Below, one piece after another: positions 15,213 through 25,848 of a stretch of DNA of 64,000 nucleotides. Position numbers and translations under genes: made by a program. The number at the start of each line of letters is the position of its first letter. Positions within the stretch are counted from its first letter, which is position 1. Source of the stretch: an uncultured Candidatus Saccharibacteria bacterium (GTDB lineage: Bacteria; Patescibacteriota; Minisyncoccia; Phycocordibacterales; UBA1550). The stretch lies in assembly GCA_964642305.1 (NCBI GenBank), contig CAZXOE010000004.1, positions 7,894-71,893 of the forward strand, in the 5' to 3' direction. The notes below the pieces were generated by a model that did no database searches, was not told the DNA's origin, and worked only from the letters and a program-made list of their open reading frames with translations.

Positions 15213-15262
15213 CCCACTATCTACTTATACGGTACTATAGTACCGTATAAGTAGATAGTGGG
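15213..15262. repeat. 50-bp perfect palindrome with no loop, between the murJ start and the rnpB terminator
   Basis: cccactatctacttatacggtacta|tagtaccgtataagtagatagtggg. The two halves are exact reverse complements. Confidence 0.9.
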
Positions 15263-15283
15263 TGGTTTTAGCTTAATATAATT

Positions 15284-15315
15284 AAAAAGACCGCGGTTTT
15301 AACCACGGTCTTTTT
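15284..15315 (-). terminator. Intrinsic terminator of rnpB
   Basis: aaaagaccgtgg-ttaaaa-ccgcggtcttttt on the minus strand, immediately 3' of the RNase P RNA. Confidence 0.7.
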
Positions 15316-15320
15316 ATGTA

Positions 15321-15692
15321 CTCATATCGATAAGCCGAATTCTGTCCCAGCCCCAGTTTTGAAATATCGAAAATTCAATTTCTCAAAACTGGAGCTGGGG
15401 ATGATCATTTATCTGGGAGTGCGATTACTCGCACCCTCGAGCGGCACCCTGCGCTTACGCGCAGTACGGCCTTGCACCCAGGTAAGGATTTAGCCGTTTC
15501 ACCCCGCATGTTGCCATGCGGACTTACCCACAAGGGGTATCTCTTTCTTTCGTTAGAGACGTCTCTGCTCGCACCTCTGAAATTACTTTCGACGGGCGTT
15601 ACCCGCTACCCTGCTCCGAGCATCATTTCTGATACTTGGGAGTGTTCGGACTTTCCTCCCCCACTTGCGTGGGAGCAACCATCTGATATGGG
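15321..15692 (-). ncRNA. rnpB: RNase P RNA (bacterial type A)
   Basis: The minus strand contains GGGGAGGAAAGTCCGAAC (P4 5' strand; E. coli GGGGAGGAAAGUCCGGGC), GCAGGGTAGCGGGTAACGCCCG (E. coli GCAGGGUGCCAGGUAACGCCUGG), GGGTGAAACGG, GCAAGGCC and the 3' ACAGAATTCGGCTTATCGATATGAG (E. coli ACAGAACCCGGCUUAUCGGUCAG). P1 pairs cccatatcaga with tcgatatgag. A TATAAT lies about 7 nt upstream of the 5' end. Confidence 0.9.
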
Positions 15693-15723
15693 TATAACAA
15701 TTATACCACTATATTACTAAAAA

Positions 15724-15758
15724 TGCAATACCCATTGGCCACAGGCCAATGGGTATTG
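15724..15758 (-). terminator. Intrinsic terminator (16-bp stem gcaatacccattggcc/ggccaatgggtattgc) for the DUF192 operon
   Basis: Perfect hairpin followed by a T-run on the minus strand. Confidence 0.7.
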
Positions 15759-15967
15759 CTGGATACTAATACTAGCAAGAACACCTTCAAATATCGTCTA
15801 GCTATTTCTTTGCTGCCTTCTTTGGCTTCTTTTTTTCCTTATGCGCGTCTCTTCCTTTTGCCATGGTTAATTTTAACATCAAGCTGTTGCGAGACTTACA
15901 CCTCGCTTCGCTCTGTATATTATTTAAATTATTTTCGACCTCTTACACGTACATTATATCCTGTTGA

Positions 15968-16432
15968 TTATTTGAGTTCAAGAACATCACCAATTTTAAG
16001 TGAGTGTTTCGCAAAAAAACCTGCTTCAACCTCAAGCACATACTTCCCTTCCTTTGAGGGAACATATGTTCTAGGGTACGAATTTGGGGTTGCATTTTCC
16101 CAGACATCTACAATTTTTCGTTCTGCATCAAACCAAATTATATCTATTGGAATTTTCATGTTCTTCATCCAGAATCCGTGAAAGCCTGGTGCTGGAAAAA
16201 CAAATAGCATACCTTCACTTGGTCCTAAACTTTTGATCCCAGAGAGTCCTTTTGTCTGAGCAGTCTGCGTATCTGCAATTGTTACATTTATCTCGTTACC
16301 GCCAAGAATAACCTTCCGTTCAGTTGTTGCAGGACTAGGTACAACAAGCATCGCAGTGACCACAATGGCCACTGCGATGCTTGCATACAGCGCTCCTAAT
16401 AGGAGCCTCCCTGTTGACGTCTTTTGTGTCAT
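15968..16432 (-). CDS. DUF192 (COG1430) family protein
   Basis: MLFVFP...HGFWMKNMKIPIDIIWFD...VLEVEAGFF pattern. Confidence 0.75.
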   Translation of the reverse strand: MTQKTSTGRLLLGALYASIAVAIVVTAMLVVPSPATTERKVILGGNEINVTIADTQTAQTKGLSGIKSLGPSEGMLFVFPAPGFHGFWMKNMKIPIDIIWFDAERKIVDVWENATPNSYPRTYVPSKEGKYVLEVEAGFFAKHSLKIGDVLELK

Positions 16433-16437
16433 TCAAA

Positions 16438-17406
<969 letters not shown>

Positions 17407-17545
17407 TTTTTGTTATTAAAACTATTAATTTCTTCTAATAATAGTACCACTTTATGCAAACCATTCACAATAGATGACTGTGTACAACTAAAAATCTTAC
17501 CTACTGCACAGGAAAGGTTTGTTTTTCTATAGTACACAAACAGCA

Positions 17546-17584
17546 AAACTCGCCGAGCACCAGTATTGGCGCTCGGCGAGTTTT
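17546..17584. terminator. Bidirectional terminator (14-bp stem aaaactcgccgagc/gctcggcgagtttt)
   Basis: Perfect stem downstream of the RRM gene. Confidence 0.65.
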
Positions 17585-17596
17585 GCTGTTTAAATA

Positions 17597-17893
17597 TTAC
17601 ATGCGACGGTTTCCACCACCAAACTCACGACGTGGAGCACGCTCCTCTAGAGGACGCGCTTCATTCACTGTAAGTGTTCGGCCTTGGAAATCCTTGCCAT
17701 TCATCTCTGCTACTGCTTTGTCAGCATCAGCATCGTTGGCCATTTCAATGAATCCGAAACCCTTTGAGCGACCAGTCATCTTGTCGATGATGATTGCTGA
17801 AGAAGTAACTTCACCGATTTCTGCAAACGCTGCTTTGAGCTCATCCTCAGTTGTTGAGTAAGGAATCCCTCCTACATACAATTTCTTTGCCAT
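17597..17893 (-). CDS. RRM-type RNA-binding protein
   Basis: RNP-2 LYVGGI and RNP-1 KGFGFIEM, with a Gly/Arg-rich tail. Confidence 0.85.
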   Translation of the reverse strand: MAKKLYVGGIPYSTTEDELKAAFAEIGEVTSSAIIIDKMTGRSKGFGFIEMANDADADKAVAEMNGKDFQGRTLTVNEARPLEERAPRREFGGGNRRM

Positions 17894-18058
17894 ATTCTTT
17901 TACTTATTGCTTAATTGCTTAATTTCATTGTAAGTGACCTGTTTTCCTCGCCCTCTCACCTCGGCTAAAACCAAGCAGTCAAGCAAGCACTGAGTGAAAA
18001 CTCTTACTTAATAAGGGTACCATGAGAAGGCAAAAAGCACAATATTAGGAAATAAAAC

Positions 18059-18067
18059 TGTGGATAA
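18059..18067. promoter_or_regulatory. DnaA-box-like 9-mer (tgtggataa = TTATCCACA) inside a 17-nt motif repeated at 49695-49711
   Basis: aactgtggataactttt is identical at both sites. Confidence 0.4.
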
Positions 18068-18104
18068 CTTTTATATATGGTAACCCTATGTAAATCGAGC
18101 AAAA

Positions 18105-18132
18105 GAAAAACGCCCGACAGGCGGGCGTTTTA
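18105..18132 (-). terminator. Intrinsic terminator
   Basis: aaaacgcccg-acag-gcgggcgtttt. Confidence 0.6.
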
Positions 18133-18150
18133 GTGCTACTATTTTGGAAA

Positions 18151-18351
18151 TCACGACCAAAAGAGTGCTGCATGATGCTTATTGGCCCTATCTTTCCAAG
18201 CAAGGAGTTCAATGGCTGACCAGATGCTAAATCCGGCACCAAAGATTAAAGAGGAAATCATTCCCCAGGAAAGGCCGTCTGCTTTAAACAAATAGCCACC
18301 TGTGAAGAAAAAAACGATCGAGCATATTGCGATAGTAATAATTTTGAGCAT
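18151..18351 (-). CDS. Hypothetical small membrane protein (66 aa)
   Basis: Two hydrophobic helices. Flanked by terminators on both sides. Confidence 0.35.
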   Translation of the reverse strand: MLKIITIAICSIVFFFTGGYLFKADGLSWGMISSLIFGAGFSIWSAIELLAWKDRANKHHAALFWS

Positions 18352-18434
18352 TTTCCTCTCCTCGAATGGATTGTCTTAGGAACTTCTATGACCTGCCCAA
18401 AATCTACCAAAATTTTGTGGGTTCGTCAATTAGT

Positions 18435-18478
18435 AAAAAGGACTGGCCATTTGCATAAATGACCAGTCCTTTTTTTGT
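18435..18478. terminator. Bidirectional terminator after typA
   Basis: aggactggccat-ttgcataa-atgaccagtcct flanked by an A-run and a T-run. Confidence 0.65.
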
Positions 18479-18480
18479 TT

Positions 18481-20265
18481 TTAGTTCTTCCTAAACGCCT
18501 TTACCCTATCTGCGTCAGTCAAATACTGCTTGCGGAGACGCACCGATTTTGGAGTAATTTCCAAATATTCCTCTTCTGTCATTGTTTCAAGCCCGCGCTC
18601 AATTGTGAGGTCAAATGGAGGAGTGAGTGTGATAGCCTCATCTGTACCAGACGAACGCATATTTGAGAGCTGCTTCCCTTTTGTAGGGTTCACAGTCATT
18701 TCATCGCCCTTTGATGTATTGCCGATAACTTGACCCTCATACACCTCAACAGCAGGCCCGATGTAAAGCGTCCCGCGATCTTGGAGATTATAGAGTGAAA
18801 AACCGAGCGCTTTACCTGACGCCATTGAAACCATTGAGCCAGCCGCACGCTTTACAATCTCGCCTGCATGAGGGCGAAATTCAACAAAACGAGACGATAG
18901 AATGCCGTCCCCTTTTGTGTCCACAACAAACTGCCCACGGTAACCAAGAAGCCCGCGCGTAGGAATATCAAAAGTAAGACGCGTTATGCCATTCTCATCT
19001 TTCATGTTCGTCATCATTGCTTTTCTCTTATTGAGTTTTTCAATTACACCACCCGAAAGAGCAGATGGAACGTCAATAATAAGCTCCTCATATGGCTCAA
19101 GCTTCACACCGTTTTCTTCTTTAATAATAACCTGCGGTTGTGACACCTGAAGTTCAAAACCTTCACGACGCATTTGCTCAAGAAGAATAGAGATGTGCAT
19201 TTCTCCGCGACCATACACCTTGAATGAATCGTTTGCGGAAAAATCCACACGAAGTCCCACGTTCACCTCTAGCTCGCGTTCTAGGCGGTCACGAATCTGG
19301 CGAATAGTGACAAACTTCCCCTCACGACCTGCAAATGGCGAGTCGTTCACAAAAAAGTTGAGCGAGATAGTTGGTTCATCCACCTTGATAGCAGGAAGTG
19401 GCTCCTGGCTCGCGTTTGCGCAAAGCGTTTCTCCGATGTACACGTCTGGAAGCCCAGCAACCATTACAATATCGCCTGCAACTGCTTCCTCTACTTCTTT
19501 TCGTTCTGTTCCTTCAAAAGTGCAGAGCTTTGTTATGCGTCCATTTCGTGAAGTCCCATCCACATTTTTAATAATTACATTCTCCCCCGCGTGAAGTGTA
19601 CCTTCATAAATACGCCCGATAGCAAGACGTCCTAGGAAGTTGTCGTATCCCAAGTTGAATGGTTGCATACGCACAGGAGCGTGTATGTCAGACTTTACGG
19701 CAGGAACCTTTTCCAAAACGACATCAAGAAGCGGGGTGAGATTCTTTGAATCCTCATCAAGAGTACGCTTTGCAATACCATCACGTCCAATAGCATAAAC
19801 AGTTGTAAAATCTAGCTGTTCGTCTGTCGCGCCTAGTTCAAAGAAAAGCTCAAACACTTCGTCGTGCACTTCTTGCGGACGAGCTGCTGGCTTGTCAATT
19901 TTATTCAAAACAACAATCGGCTTCAAACCGAGCTCAAGCGACTTCTTGAGCACAAAGCGTGTCTGAGGCATTGGACCTTCCTGCGCGTCTACAAGAAGAA
20001 GCACGGTATCAATAGAGCGAAGCACACGCTCAACCTCAGAACCAAAGTCCGCGTGACCAGGAGTGTCCACAATGTTGATTTTCGTGTCTTTGTAGAAAAC
20101 AGATGTGTTTTTTGCGTAAATGGTGATACCGCGCTCAAGCTCGAGGGCATTCGAATCCATCGTAACCCCTTCTTTCGTCATTCCAGTCTGGCGCATTAAA
20201 GCATCGGTAAGAGTGGTCTTGCCGTGGTCAACGTGAGCGATAATTGCTATGTTTCTTATTTCCAT
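18481..20265 (-). CDS. typA: Translational GTPase TypA/BipA
   Basis: MEIRNIAIIAHVDHGKTTLTDALMRQTG... EF-G-like domain order, 594 aa. Confidence 0.95.
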   Translation of the reverse strand: MEIRNIAIIAHVDHGKTTLTDALMRQTGMTKEGVTMDSNALELERGITIYAKNTSVFYKDTKINIVDTPGHADFGSEVERVLRSIDTVLLLVDAQEGPMPQTRFVLKKSLELGLKPIVVLNKIDKPAARPQEVHDEVFELFFELGATDEQLDFTTVYAIGRDGIAKRTLDEDSKNLTPLLDVVLEKVPAVKSDIHAPVRMQPFNLGYDNFLGRLAIGRIYEGTLHAGENVIIKNVDGTSRNGRITKLCTFEGTERKEVEEAVAGDIVMVAGLPDVYIGETLCANASQEPLPAIKVDEPTISLNFFVNDSPFAGREGKFVTIRQIRDRLERELEVNVGLRVDFSANDSFKVYGRGEMHISILLEQMRREGFELQVSQPQVIIKEENGVKLEPYEELIIDVPSALSGGVIEKLNKRKAMMTNMKDENGITRLTFDIPTRGLLGYRGQFVVDTKGDGILSSRFVEFRPHAGEIVKRAAGSMVSMASGKALGFSLYNLQDRGTLYIGPAVEVYEGQVIGNTSKGDEMTVNPTKGKQLSNMRSSGTDEAITLTPPFDLTIERGLETMTEEEYLEITPKSVRLRKQYLTDADRVKAFRKN

Positions 20266-20375
20266 GCTATTTTTAAATTGTCTTTAAATAAAAAATCCGC
20301 CGATGCGGGGTATATAATTAGTAACTATACCAAAAATAACTTTACGGGTCAAGGCTATATTGATATACTTTATAA

Positions 20376-20849
20376 ATGAAACGCGTTGTATTTTTTCTTG
20401 TAATTGTTTACATAATATCCGCTTTTGGCGCTTGGATATTTCTTTCAAAAACTATAGGAGCAAATATAGCGCTCAACCAGGAAGTTGCTGCCGTAAAAAC
20501 AGAACTTGCTAATACAAAAAATGAATTGGATGCAGAAAAACTCGCGCGAGAAACAGCAGAGAAAAAAATTGTAGATGCTCAAATAAATGTATCTTTTCTT
20601 GCGAATGCGCTCTGTCCCACATTAGAGGCGACAAACAAGGAAGCTCTTTGCGTAAAAAACAGCACTGAGTGGCTTTCGCAAACGATACTCTCTGGCACCG
20701 CTCTCACAGACGCTCAAGCCAAAACAAAAATGGATGAACTTCTTGTCGCTCTAGGCAAAAAAACTAAACCCACGGCAAAGCAACTTTACGAAATGCTAAG
20801 GCCAATTGAAGTCGCTTCTCTTAATGATTTAGTAGAGGTACTCAAGTAG
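20376..20849 (+). CDS. Hypothetical membrane-anchored protein
   Basis: N-terminal TM plus a coiled coil. Confidence 0.5.
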   Translation: MKRVVFFLVIVYIISAFGAWIFLSKTIGANIALNQEVAAVKTELANTKNELDAEKLARETAEKKIVDAQINVSFLANALCPTLEATNKEALCVKNSTEWLSQTILSGTALTDAQAKTKMDELLVALGKKTKPTAKQLYEMLRPIEVASLNDLVEVLK

Positions 20850-20991
20850 TTTAATTTAGAAAACTTATCGAGTGTGATGCCCCTCAAAATTTTTAATTTC
20901 AAATTATTAATTTTTAGATAATGTTCTAATTCTTTAATTTTAAAATTAGGAAATTAAGATTTATTTAAAAATTTGAAATTTGAAATTTTTA

Positions 20992-22386
20992 TCATGAGTT
21001 CTCAATCGGATCAATCATTGTAGATTGTATCGTCTCAGCTTTTTGCATAACCTGTGTCCCGTAGGTTGACGCCCATGATGACTTTGAACACCTTGACCCT
21101 GAGAAGTACTTGCATGCTGCATCACGCTCAGCGCTATATGAACCAGCCCTAGCGCCATTATCTTTAAGTAAAAAACCAGCCGCCATAAATGCATCACGCG
21201 CGCGCCATGGATCTGCGTCCTTGATGCCAAGCGCTTTTGTAATAAGCTCCTCATAAAGCACCCATGTAGAAGGGATGAACTGCGCAGGCCCCATTGCCCC
21301 ACCGAACCCAACAGACTGAGGACAGGAAACTGGGGTCACAAATGGATCTCGACCAAGGCGACTCATTAAATCTAAAAATGGCTTTACATCACCTTTGTTT
21401 GGATCTCCCCCTCGCGTTACGGCCATCACTTTTGCAAACGGAGTCCCTGTATTCTTGCCAACACCAGCACCTGTATTTACGTCCTTCAGATAGCACGACC
21501 CCTGATTCTTGCCAAAACCAGACTCTTGCATAAAAATGGCGAGAAGGAATGCAGGGCGTATGCCAGTTTTTTGTGAGACGATTTTTGAATAATCATATGC
21601 AACACCAAATGGAATCTCTCCTGTGTCACGCAATGCAAAAAGAGCAGAACGAATCGACGCGGCTTTTACTTGTTTGTCTTTTAAAACTTTTTGATAAGCC
21701 ACTTCTTGTCCTTTTGTTACTTTCAAAACTTGCGCCTTCTCTTTTTCCTTCGATGCGAGAGATTTTTGTTCAATTTGCTTCTGATAACGAAGGTCTATTT
21801 CTTTATTCTTTTTTTCTTCAAGTGTTGCCTTGGCTTCTTCGGTTATTTTTTTTGCCACCCCAATTTCTTCAAGAGACTTCGCTATAGCATCTTCAATATA
21901 CTCAAAATTATCAAGATCGCTAAAGAAATCAGACACTTCTTTGTCAGAAAGCATAACTTCAATAATCGAATATGTATCAAGTTCGTTTGTGCGACGCATA
22001 AGCCCAGAAAGAGACTCCCGTGCAAGTTCAATCTTATTAGAATATTTTGTTATAGTGCGATTTTTTACACCAATATCATCAGTGAGTTTTGAAATAGAAA
22101 GATTTTGCGCCTTAATAGAGAGCTTTGCCTTTTCTATTTGCGCTGACAAGATTGCCATATCCCGCTCAAGAGAAACGCCTTCGCGTTGTTTACTTTCAAC
22201 AAGCTCTGCCTGAGCGCTAATTTCTTTTTCAACAGCCTCGAGCTCGGATTCAAGTTTTATACGACAAGCAGTATCATCTGGATTACACGACACTGTTTGC
22301 GCATTTGCAACAAGAGAAAACCCTTCAAATAAGAGAGTGAGAAAAAATAGCGCGACGAGTGATTTTCCTAAAAAACTTTTGGGCAT
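20992..22386 (-). CDS. Secreted lytic transglycosylase (MltB/SLT_2-like) with N-terminal coiled coil
   Basis: Signal peptide. C-terminal FMQESGFG and GAMGPAQFIPSTW motifs resemble the MltB AMGPMQFMPST. Confidence 0.65.
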   Translation of the reverse strand: MPKSFLGKSLVALFFLTLLFEGFSLVANAQTVSCNPDDTACRIKLESELEAVEKEISAQAELVESKQREGVSLERDMAILSAQIEKAKLSIKAQNLSISKLTDDIGVKNRTITKYSNKIELARESLSGLMRRTNELDTYSIIEVMLSDKEVSDFFSDLDNFEYIEDAIAKSLEEIGVAKKITEEAKATLEEKKNKEIDLRYQKQIEQKSLASKEKEKAQVLKVTKGQEVAYQKVLKDKQVKAASIRSALFALRDTGEIPFGVAYDYSKIVSQKTGIRPAFLLAIFMQESGFGKNQGSCYLKDVNTGAGVGKNTGTPFAKVMAVTRGGDPNKGDVKPFLDLMSRLGRDPFVTPVSCPQSVGFGGAMGPAQFIPSTWVLYEELITKALGIKDADPWRARDAFMAAGFLLKDNGARAGSYSAERDAACKYFSGSRCSKSSWASTYGTQVMQKAETIQSTMIDPIENS

Positions 22387-22403
22387 ATATGCGAACAGTA
22401 TAG

Positions 22404-22446
22404 CAAAAAATACCCGGTCTCTCTAGAGAGACCGGGTATTTTTTGC
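22404..22446. terminator. Bidirectional terminator (about 20-bp stem)
   Basis: caaaaaatacccggtctctc-taga-gagagaccgggtattttttg. Confidence 0.75.
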
Positions 22447-22452
22447 TATAAA

Positions 22453-23097
22453 CTACTTCTCTGCTTCTGCGGGCGCCTCTTCCTCCTTCTTACCCTTCTT
22501 TTCTACTTCAATAGCTGAGAGATCCATCACTGGCGCTTCTATTGGCTCATCTTTTGCGACCGCGATTGCAGCAACGACATCTGTTCCGTGAGTAACAAGT
22601 GTGATTCCTTTTGGAAGAACGATGCTCTCTGCGAGAATCTGACTATCAAGCGCCTCAAGTGCTGAAATATCAATAACAAAATTGTGTGGAAGATTTTCTG
22701 GCTGACCCTTTACTTCAACTTCGTGAAGAACCTTTACAAGAGAGCCGCCAAGATCCTTTACGGCAACAGACACGCCAGTAAACTCAAGTGGGATGTTCAC
22801 CGAAACTTCCTGACCTTTTTCTAGAGCGTAAAAATCAACGTGGATTGGGTGACCTTTGATAGGATCAACCTGAACCTCGTGAATTAGCGCTGAAACCTTG
22901 CCTTTTGGCATTTCAAGAGTAACAACGGTTGACTCTCCTGCTGCCTTCCAAACCTTTTTAAAGGCAACTGCTGGAAAAACACACGGAGTAGCGGCCTCCT
23001 TGTGTCCATAATAAACCCCAGGAACAAAGCCCTCCGCGCGAATAGCTGAAAGTTTTGTCTTTGGATCCCTTATTTCTCCTTTTAGTGTGATATTCAT
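22453..23097 (-). CDS. rplY: Ribosomal protein L25 / general stress protein Ctc
   Basis: MNITLKGEIRD...GFVPGVYYG... L25/Ctc pattern with an acidic C-terminal tail. Confidence 0.85.
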   Translation of the reverse strand: MNITLKGEIRDPKTKLSAIRAEGFVPGVYYGHKEAATPCVFPAVAFKKVWKAAGESTVVTLEMPKGKVSALIHEVQVDPIKGHPIHVDFYALEKGQEVSVNIPLEFTGVSVAVKDLGGSLVKVLHEVEVKGQPENLPHNFVIDISALEALDSQILAESIVLPKGITLVTHGTDVVAAIAVAKDEPIEAPVMDLSAIEVEKKGKKEEEAPAEAEK

Positions 23098-23223
23098 CCC
23101 GTTAGAGGTAGGAAATTATTGAAATTTCCGTAGTTAACTAATAAATCGCTGATATTAATACCTTTATCCTAAATTCCCCGCCGGTTTCCCTTCCTAAACT
23201 ATGGGACCTCTAACGGGATTCAT
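23098..23223 (-). mobile_element. MITE-like element, copy 1 (11-bp TIR cccgttagagg/cctctaacggg), abutting the rplY start codon
   Basis: Shares the first 38 nt and last 16 nt with the 36496-36619 copy; the middle differs. Flanked by atgaat on both sides. Confidence 0.6.
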
Positions 23224-23364
23224 ATCGGGTAAGTATACGGATTTTCTAAATAAATGCAAATTTATTTACCCGCCAAACTTTTCCAATAAAGCACGGCTCG
23301 TCGAAAAAGAAAGAAAAAGTGCCACAAAAATTCATTTATCTGTTCAAACCATTTGGGAGAAAAG

Positions 23365-24240
23365 TTAGGCGGGCAAGCCTGAAAAGAGCCTCAACCGTGC
23401 CTCAATCACCTTTTGCATTGCTTCTGTTGGTTCTTTCATTATTTTATATGGAGCAACCTCGTCTGGGTGCGCTGTGAGGTACTCGGCGAGTGTTTTTACA
23501 AATGCAACGCGGATTTCTGTATTTATGTGAACAAGGCTAATCCCCGCTTTGATCGCCTCACGAAAATCCTCGTCACTCGTCCCTGAGCCACCGTGGAGAA
23601 CGAGAGGCACTCCTGAGGCAGCACGGAGCTTTGCAATACGCTCTATGTCCAACTTAGGAGACGCGTGTCCTCGAATCATACCGTGCATGTTTCCAACTGC
23701 GGGAGCAAATAAGTCTACTCCTGTTTCTCTTACAAAACGCTCTGCCTGTTCTGGCGTAGTCAAATTCTCTGGACCAACTCCCTCAGGAATCTCATCCATT
23801 ACTTTTGATGACGTGCCAATGTATCCCACTTCTGCTTCCACAAGGACATCTCTCCCTGATGTGCGCGCGTAGTCCACGCACTCTTTCGCCTTTGCGATAT
23901 TTTCTTCAAATGAAAGTTTCGCTCCGTCAAAAATTACCGCATCAAAACCAGCGTCAATTGCTTCTTTCACTCGCTCCACTGTATATGTGTGGTCCGCGTT
24001 TATAAAAATTGGATAGTTGTATTCCTCGCGGATACTTTTTACGAGTGCTACCGCCTGCTTCACTCCCACAAAGTCACGCTCTCCCTCTGAGAGTCCGACA
24101 ATGACCGGTAAATTGAGTGACTTTGCTGCGCGAAAAATGGCCCACAAAGCCTCAAGATTTGAAATATTAAAATGCCCAACCGCGATGTGCTTTAGCTCTG
24201 CGTCTGCGATAACCTCTCGTAATGTTGGAATGTTTGCCAT
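23365..24240 (-). CDS. fba: Class II fructose-bisphosphate aldolase
   Basis: IAVGHFNISNLE...GGSG... class II FBA family. Confidence 0.9.
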   Translation of the reverse strand: MANIPTLREVIADAELKHIAVGHFNISNLEALWAIFRAAKSLNLPVIVGLSEGERDFVGVKQAVALVKSIREEYNYPIFINADHTYTVERVKEAIDAGFDAVIFDGAKLSFEENIAKAKECVDYARTSGRDVLVEAEVGYIGTSSKVMDEIPEGVGPENLTTPEQAERFVRETGVDLFAPAVGNMHGMIRGHASPKLDIERIAKLRAASGVPLVLHGGSGTSDEDFREAIKAGISLVHINTEIRVAFVKTLAEYLTAHPDEVAPYKIMKEPTEAMQKVIEARLRLFSGLPA

Positions 24241-24249
24241 AAAATATAT

Positions 24250-24492
24250 TTAATTACCTTTTAAAATTGATGTGCCTGTTTCGTAGTTCGTCTTTACCCA
24301 CTCTATTTTCCCAAACACTGGCCCGAGTATACCGAGCACGATTGTCGCTATTATTGCTGAGCCAATAAAAAAGCCAATTCCATAGATTACGCCTGTAAGC
24401 AAGATGTTCTTGATAGAAATTTGCTTAGCAAGTTTTACGTTAAGCGCCTCAAGTTGCTCAATTATTTTGTCTCTCTGATTTTCTATTTCCAT
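24250..24492 (-). CDS. Hypothetical small membrane protein
   Basis: 80 aa with one TM. Confidence 0.4.
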   Translation of the reverse strand: MEIENQRDKIIEQLEALNVKLAKQISIKNILLTGVIYGIGFFIGSAIIATIVLGILGPVFGKIEWVKTNYETGTSILKGN

Positions 24493-24585
24493 ATAATTTA
24501 ATCAAAATTTGTCTAGTCGCCAGATGAATCCCCTCCTGACGAGCCATCCGACGAATCGCTTTACTGGTCATTCTTGATGTTTGTC

Positions 24586-24819
24586 TTACCTGTCCTGCGT
24601 TTCGTAAAAGTCATTAATCTTGTTTGCAACCTGATTTTTTGGCGCATTCGCTCCTTTTTTCTTGAATAGTTTGAATCCTAAAAAAATAACCAACGCTCCA
24701 GCTACTATTGCGCCCCCGTATAAATAAATATCTGTTCTATCCATCATTTTTACAAAACTTACTACCCGATAATATGAAAAGTATACCATATTAGGGAAAA
24801 TATATGATAGAATAGTCAC
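24586..24819 (-). CDS. Hypothetical small membrane protein
   Basis: One TM plus a basic tail. Start possibly at the internal MMDRTD. Confidence 0.35.
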   Translation of the reverse strand: MTILSYIFPNMVYFSYYRVVSFVKMMDRTDIYLYGGAIVAGALVIFLGFKLFKKKGANAPKNQVANKINDFYETQDR

Positions 24820-24822
24820 ATT

Positions 24823-25836
24823 ATGGAAAAATCAGATCAGTTGGATTTCGTGGGCATTGGCGACACAGTTGTTGATGCATTTATTAGACTTAAAGAGGAC
24901 CAGGCGCACACTTCAGTTTGTAAAATTGATGCAGGCGCGTCTGAGATTTGTATGCCATTTGGCGCAAAGGTTCCTTTTGACTTTGTCACGGTATGCTACG
25001 CAGTGGGCAACAGTGCAAACGCCTGTGTGTCTGCATCTCGTCTTGGACTCAAGAGCGCGCTTATCACCAATCTCGGTAATGATGACGACGGAAAGAAGTG
25101 CCTCGCATCTCTCAAGAATGACGGTGTAGGAACGCAGTTCATCAAGGAATACGACGGTATCAAGACGAACTACCACTACGTGCTCTGGTATGACAGTGAG
25201 CGCACGATTCTTATCAAGCACGAGGATTTTCCGTACACACTTCCGCTAGGAGATGTTGGTCCTCGCTGGCTCTACCTTTCATCTCTTAACGAAAAATCAC
25301 TAGCGTTCCACCACGAAATTGCAGAATATCTCGCAAAACACCCTGAAACAAAACTTTCCTTTCAGCCAGGTGGTTTCCAAATCAAACTCGGTGTCGAGGC
25401 TCTCAAGGACTTGTACGCGCATACGGAAGTATTTTTCTGCAACGTTGAAGAAGCTCGTCTAATTCTAAAAGACAAAGGCTCTGAGCCAAAGGATTTAGCA
25501 AAAAAAGTTGCAGAGCTCGGACCAAAAATTGTGGTAATCACCGACGGACCAAAGGGCGCGTATGTATTTGATGGCGTGGATTCATGGTTCATGCCAATCT
25601 ACCCAGACCCAGCGCCTCCATACGAGCGCACTGGCGCAGGAGATTCATTTGCGTCAGCATTCATTTCCGCCCTCGCTCTTGGCAAAACTCCAAGCGAAGC
25701 AATCACATGGGCGCCAATCAACTCCATGTCAGTAGTTCAAAAAGTCGGCGCGCAAGAAGGGCTTCTCACGCGCGAACAACTTGAAAAACTCCTCGCAGAG
25801 GCGCCAGAGGATTATAAGGCGGTGAAGTTGGACTAA
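24823..25836 (+). CDS. PfkB-family carbohydrate kinase
   Basis: GGxxxN region and C-terminal TGAGDSF motif. Confidence 0.8.
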   Translation: MEKSDQLDFVGIGDTVVDAFIRLKEDQAHTSVCKIDAGASEICMPFGAKVPFDFVTVCYAVGNSANACVSASRLGLKSALITNLGNDDDGKKCLASLKNDGVGTQFIKEYDGIKTNYHYVLWYDSERTILIKHEDFPYTLPLGDVGPRWLYLSSLNEKSLAFHHEIAEYLAKHPETKLSFQPGGFQIKLGVEALKDLYAHTEVFFCNVEEARLILKDKGSEPKDLAKKVAELGPKIVVITDGPKGAYVFDGVDSWFMPIYPDPAPPYERTGAGDSFASAFISALALGKTPSEAITWAPINSMSVVQKVGAQEGLLTREQLEKLLAEAPEDYKAVKLD

Positions 25837-25848
25837 ACAATAAGACCT

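Noticed and set aside
15472-16181. Plus-strand ORFs 15472-15720 (82 aa) and 15723-16181 (152 aa)
   Set aside because: They overlap the RNase P RNA gene and the antisense strand of the well-supported DUF192 gene. They have low-complexity composition and no family resemblance.
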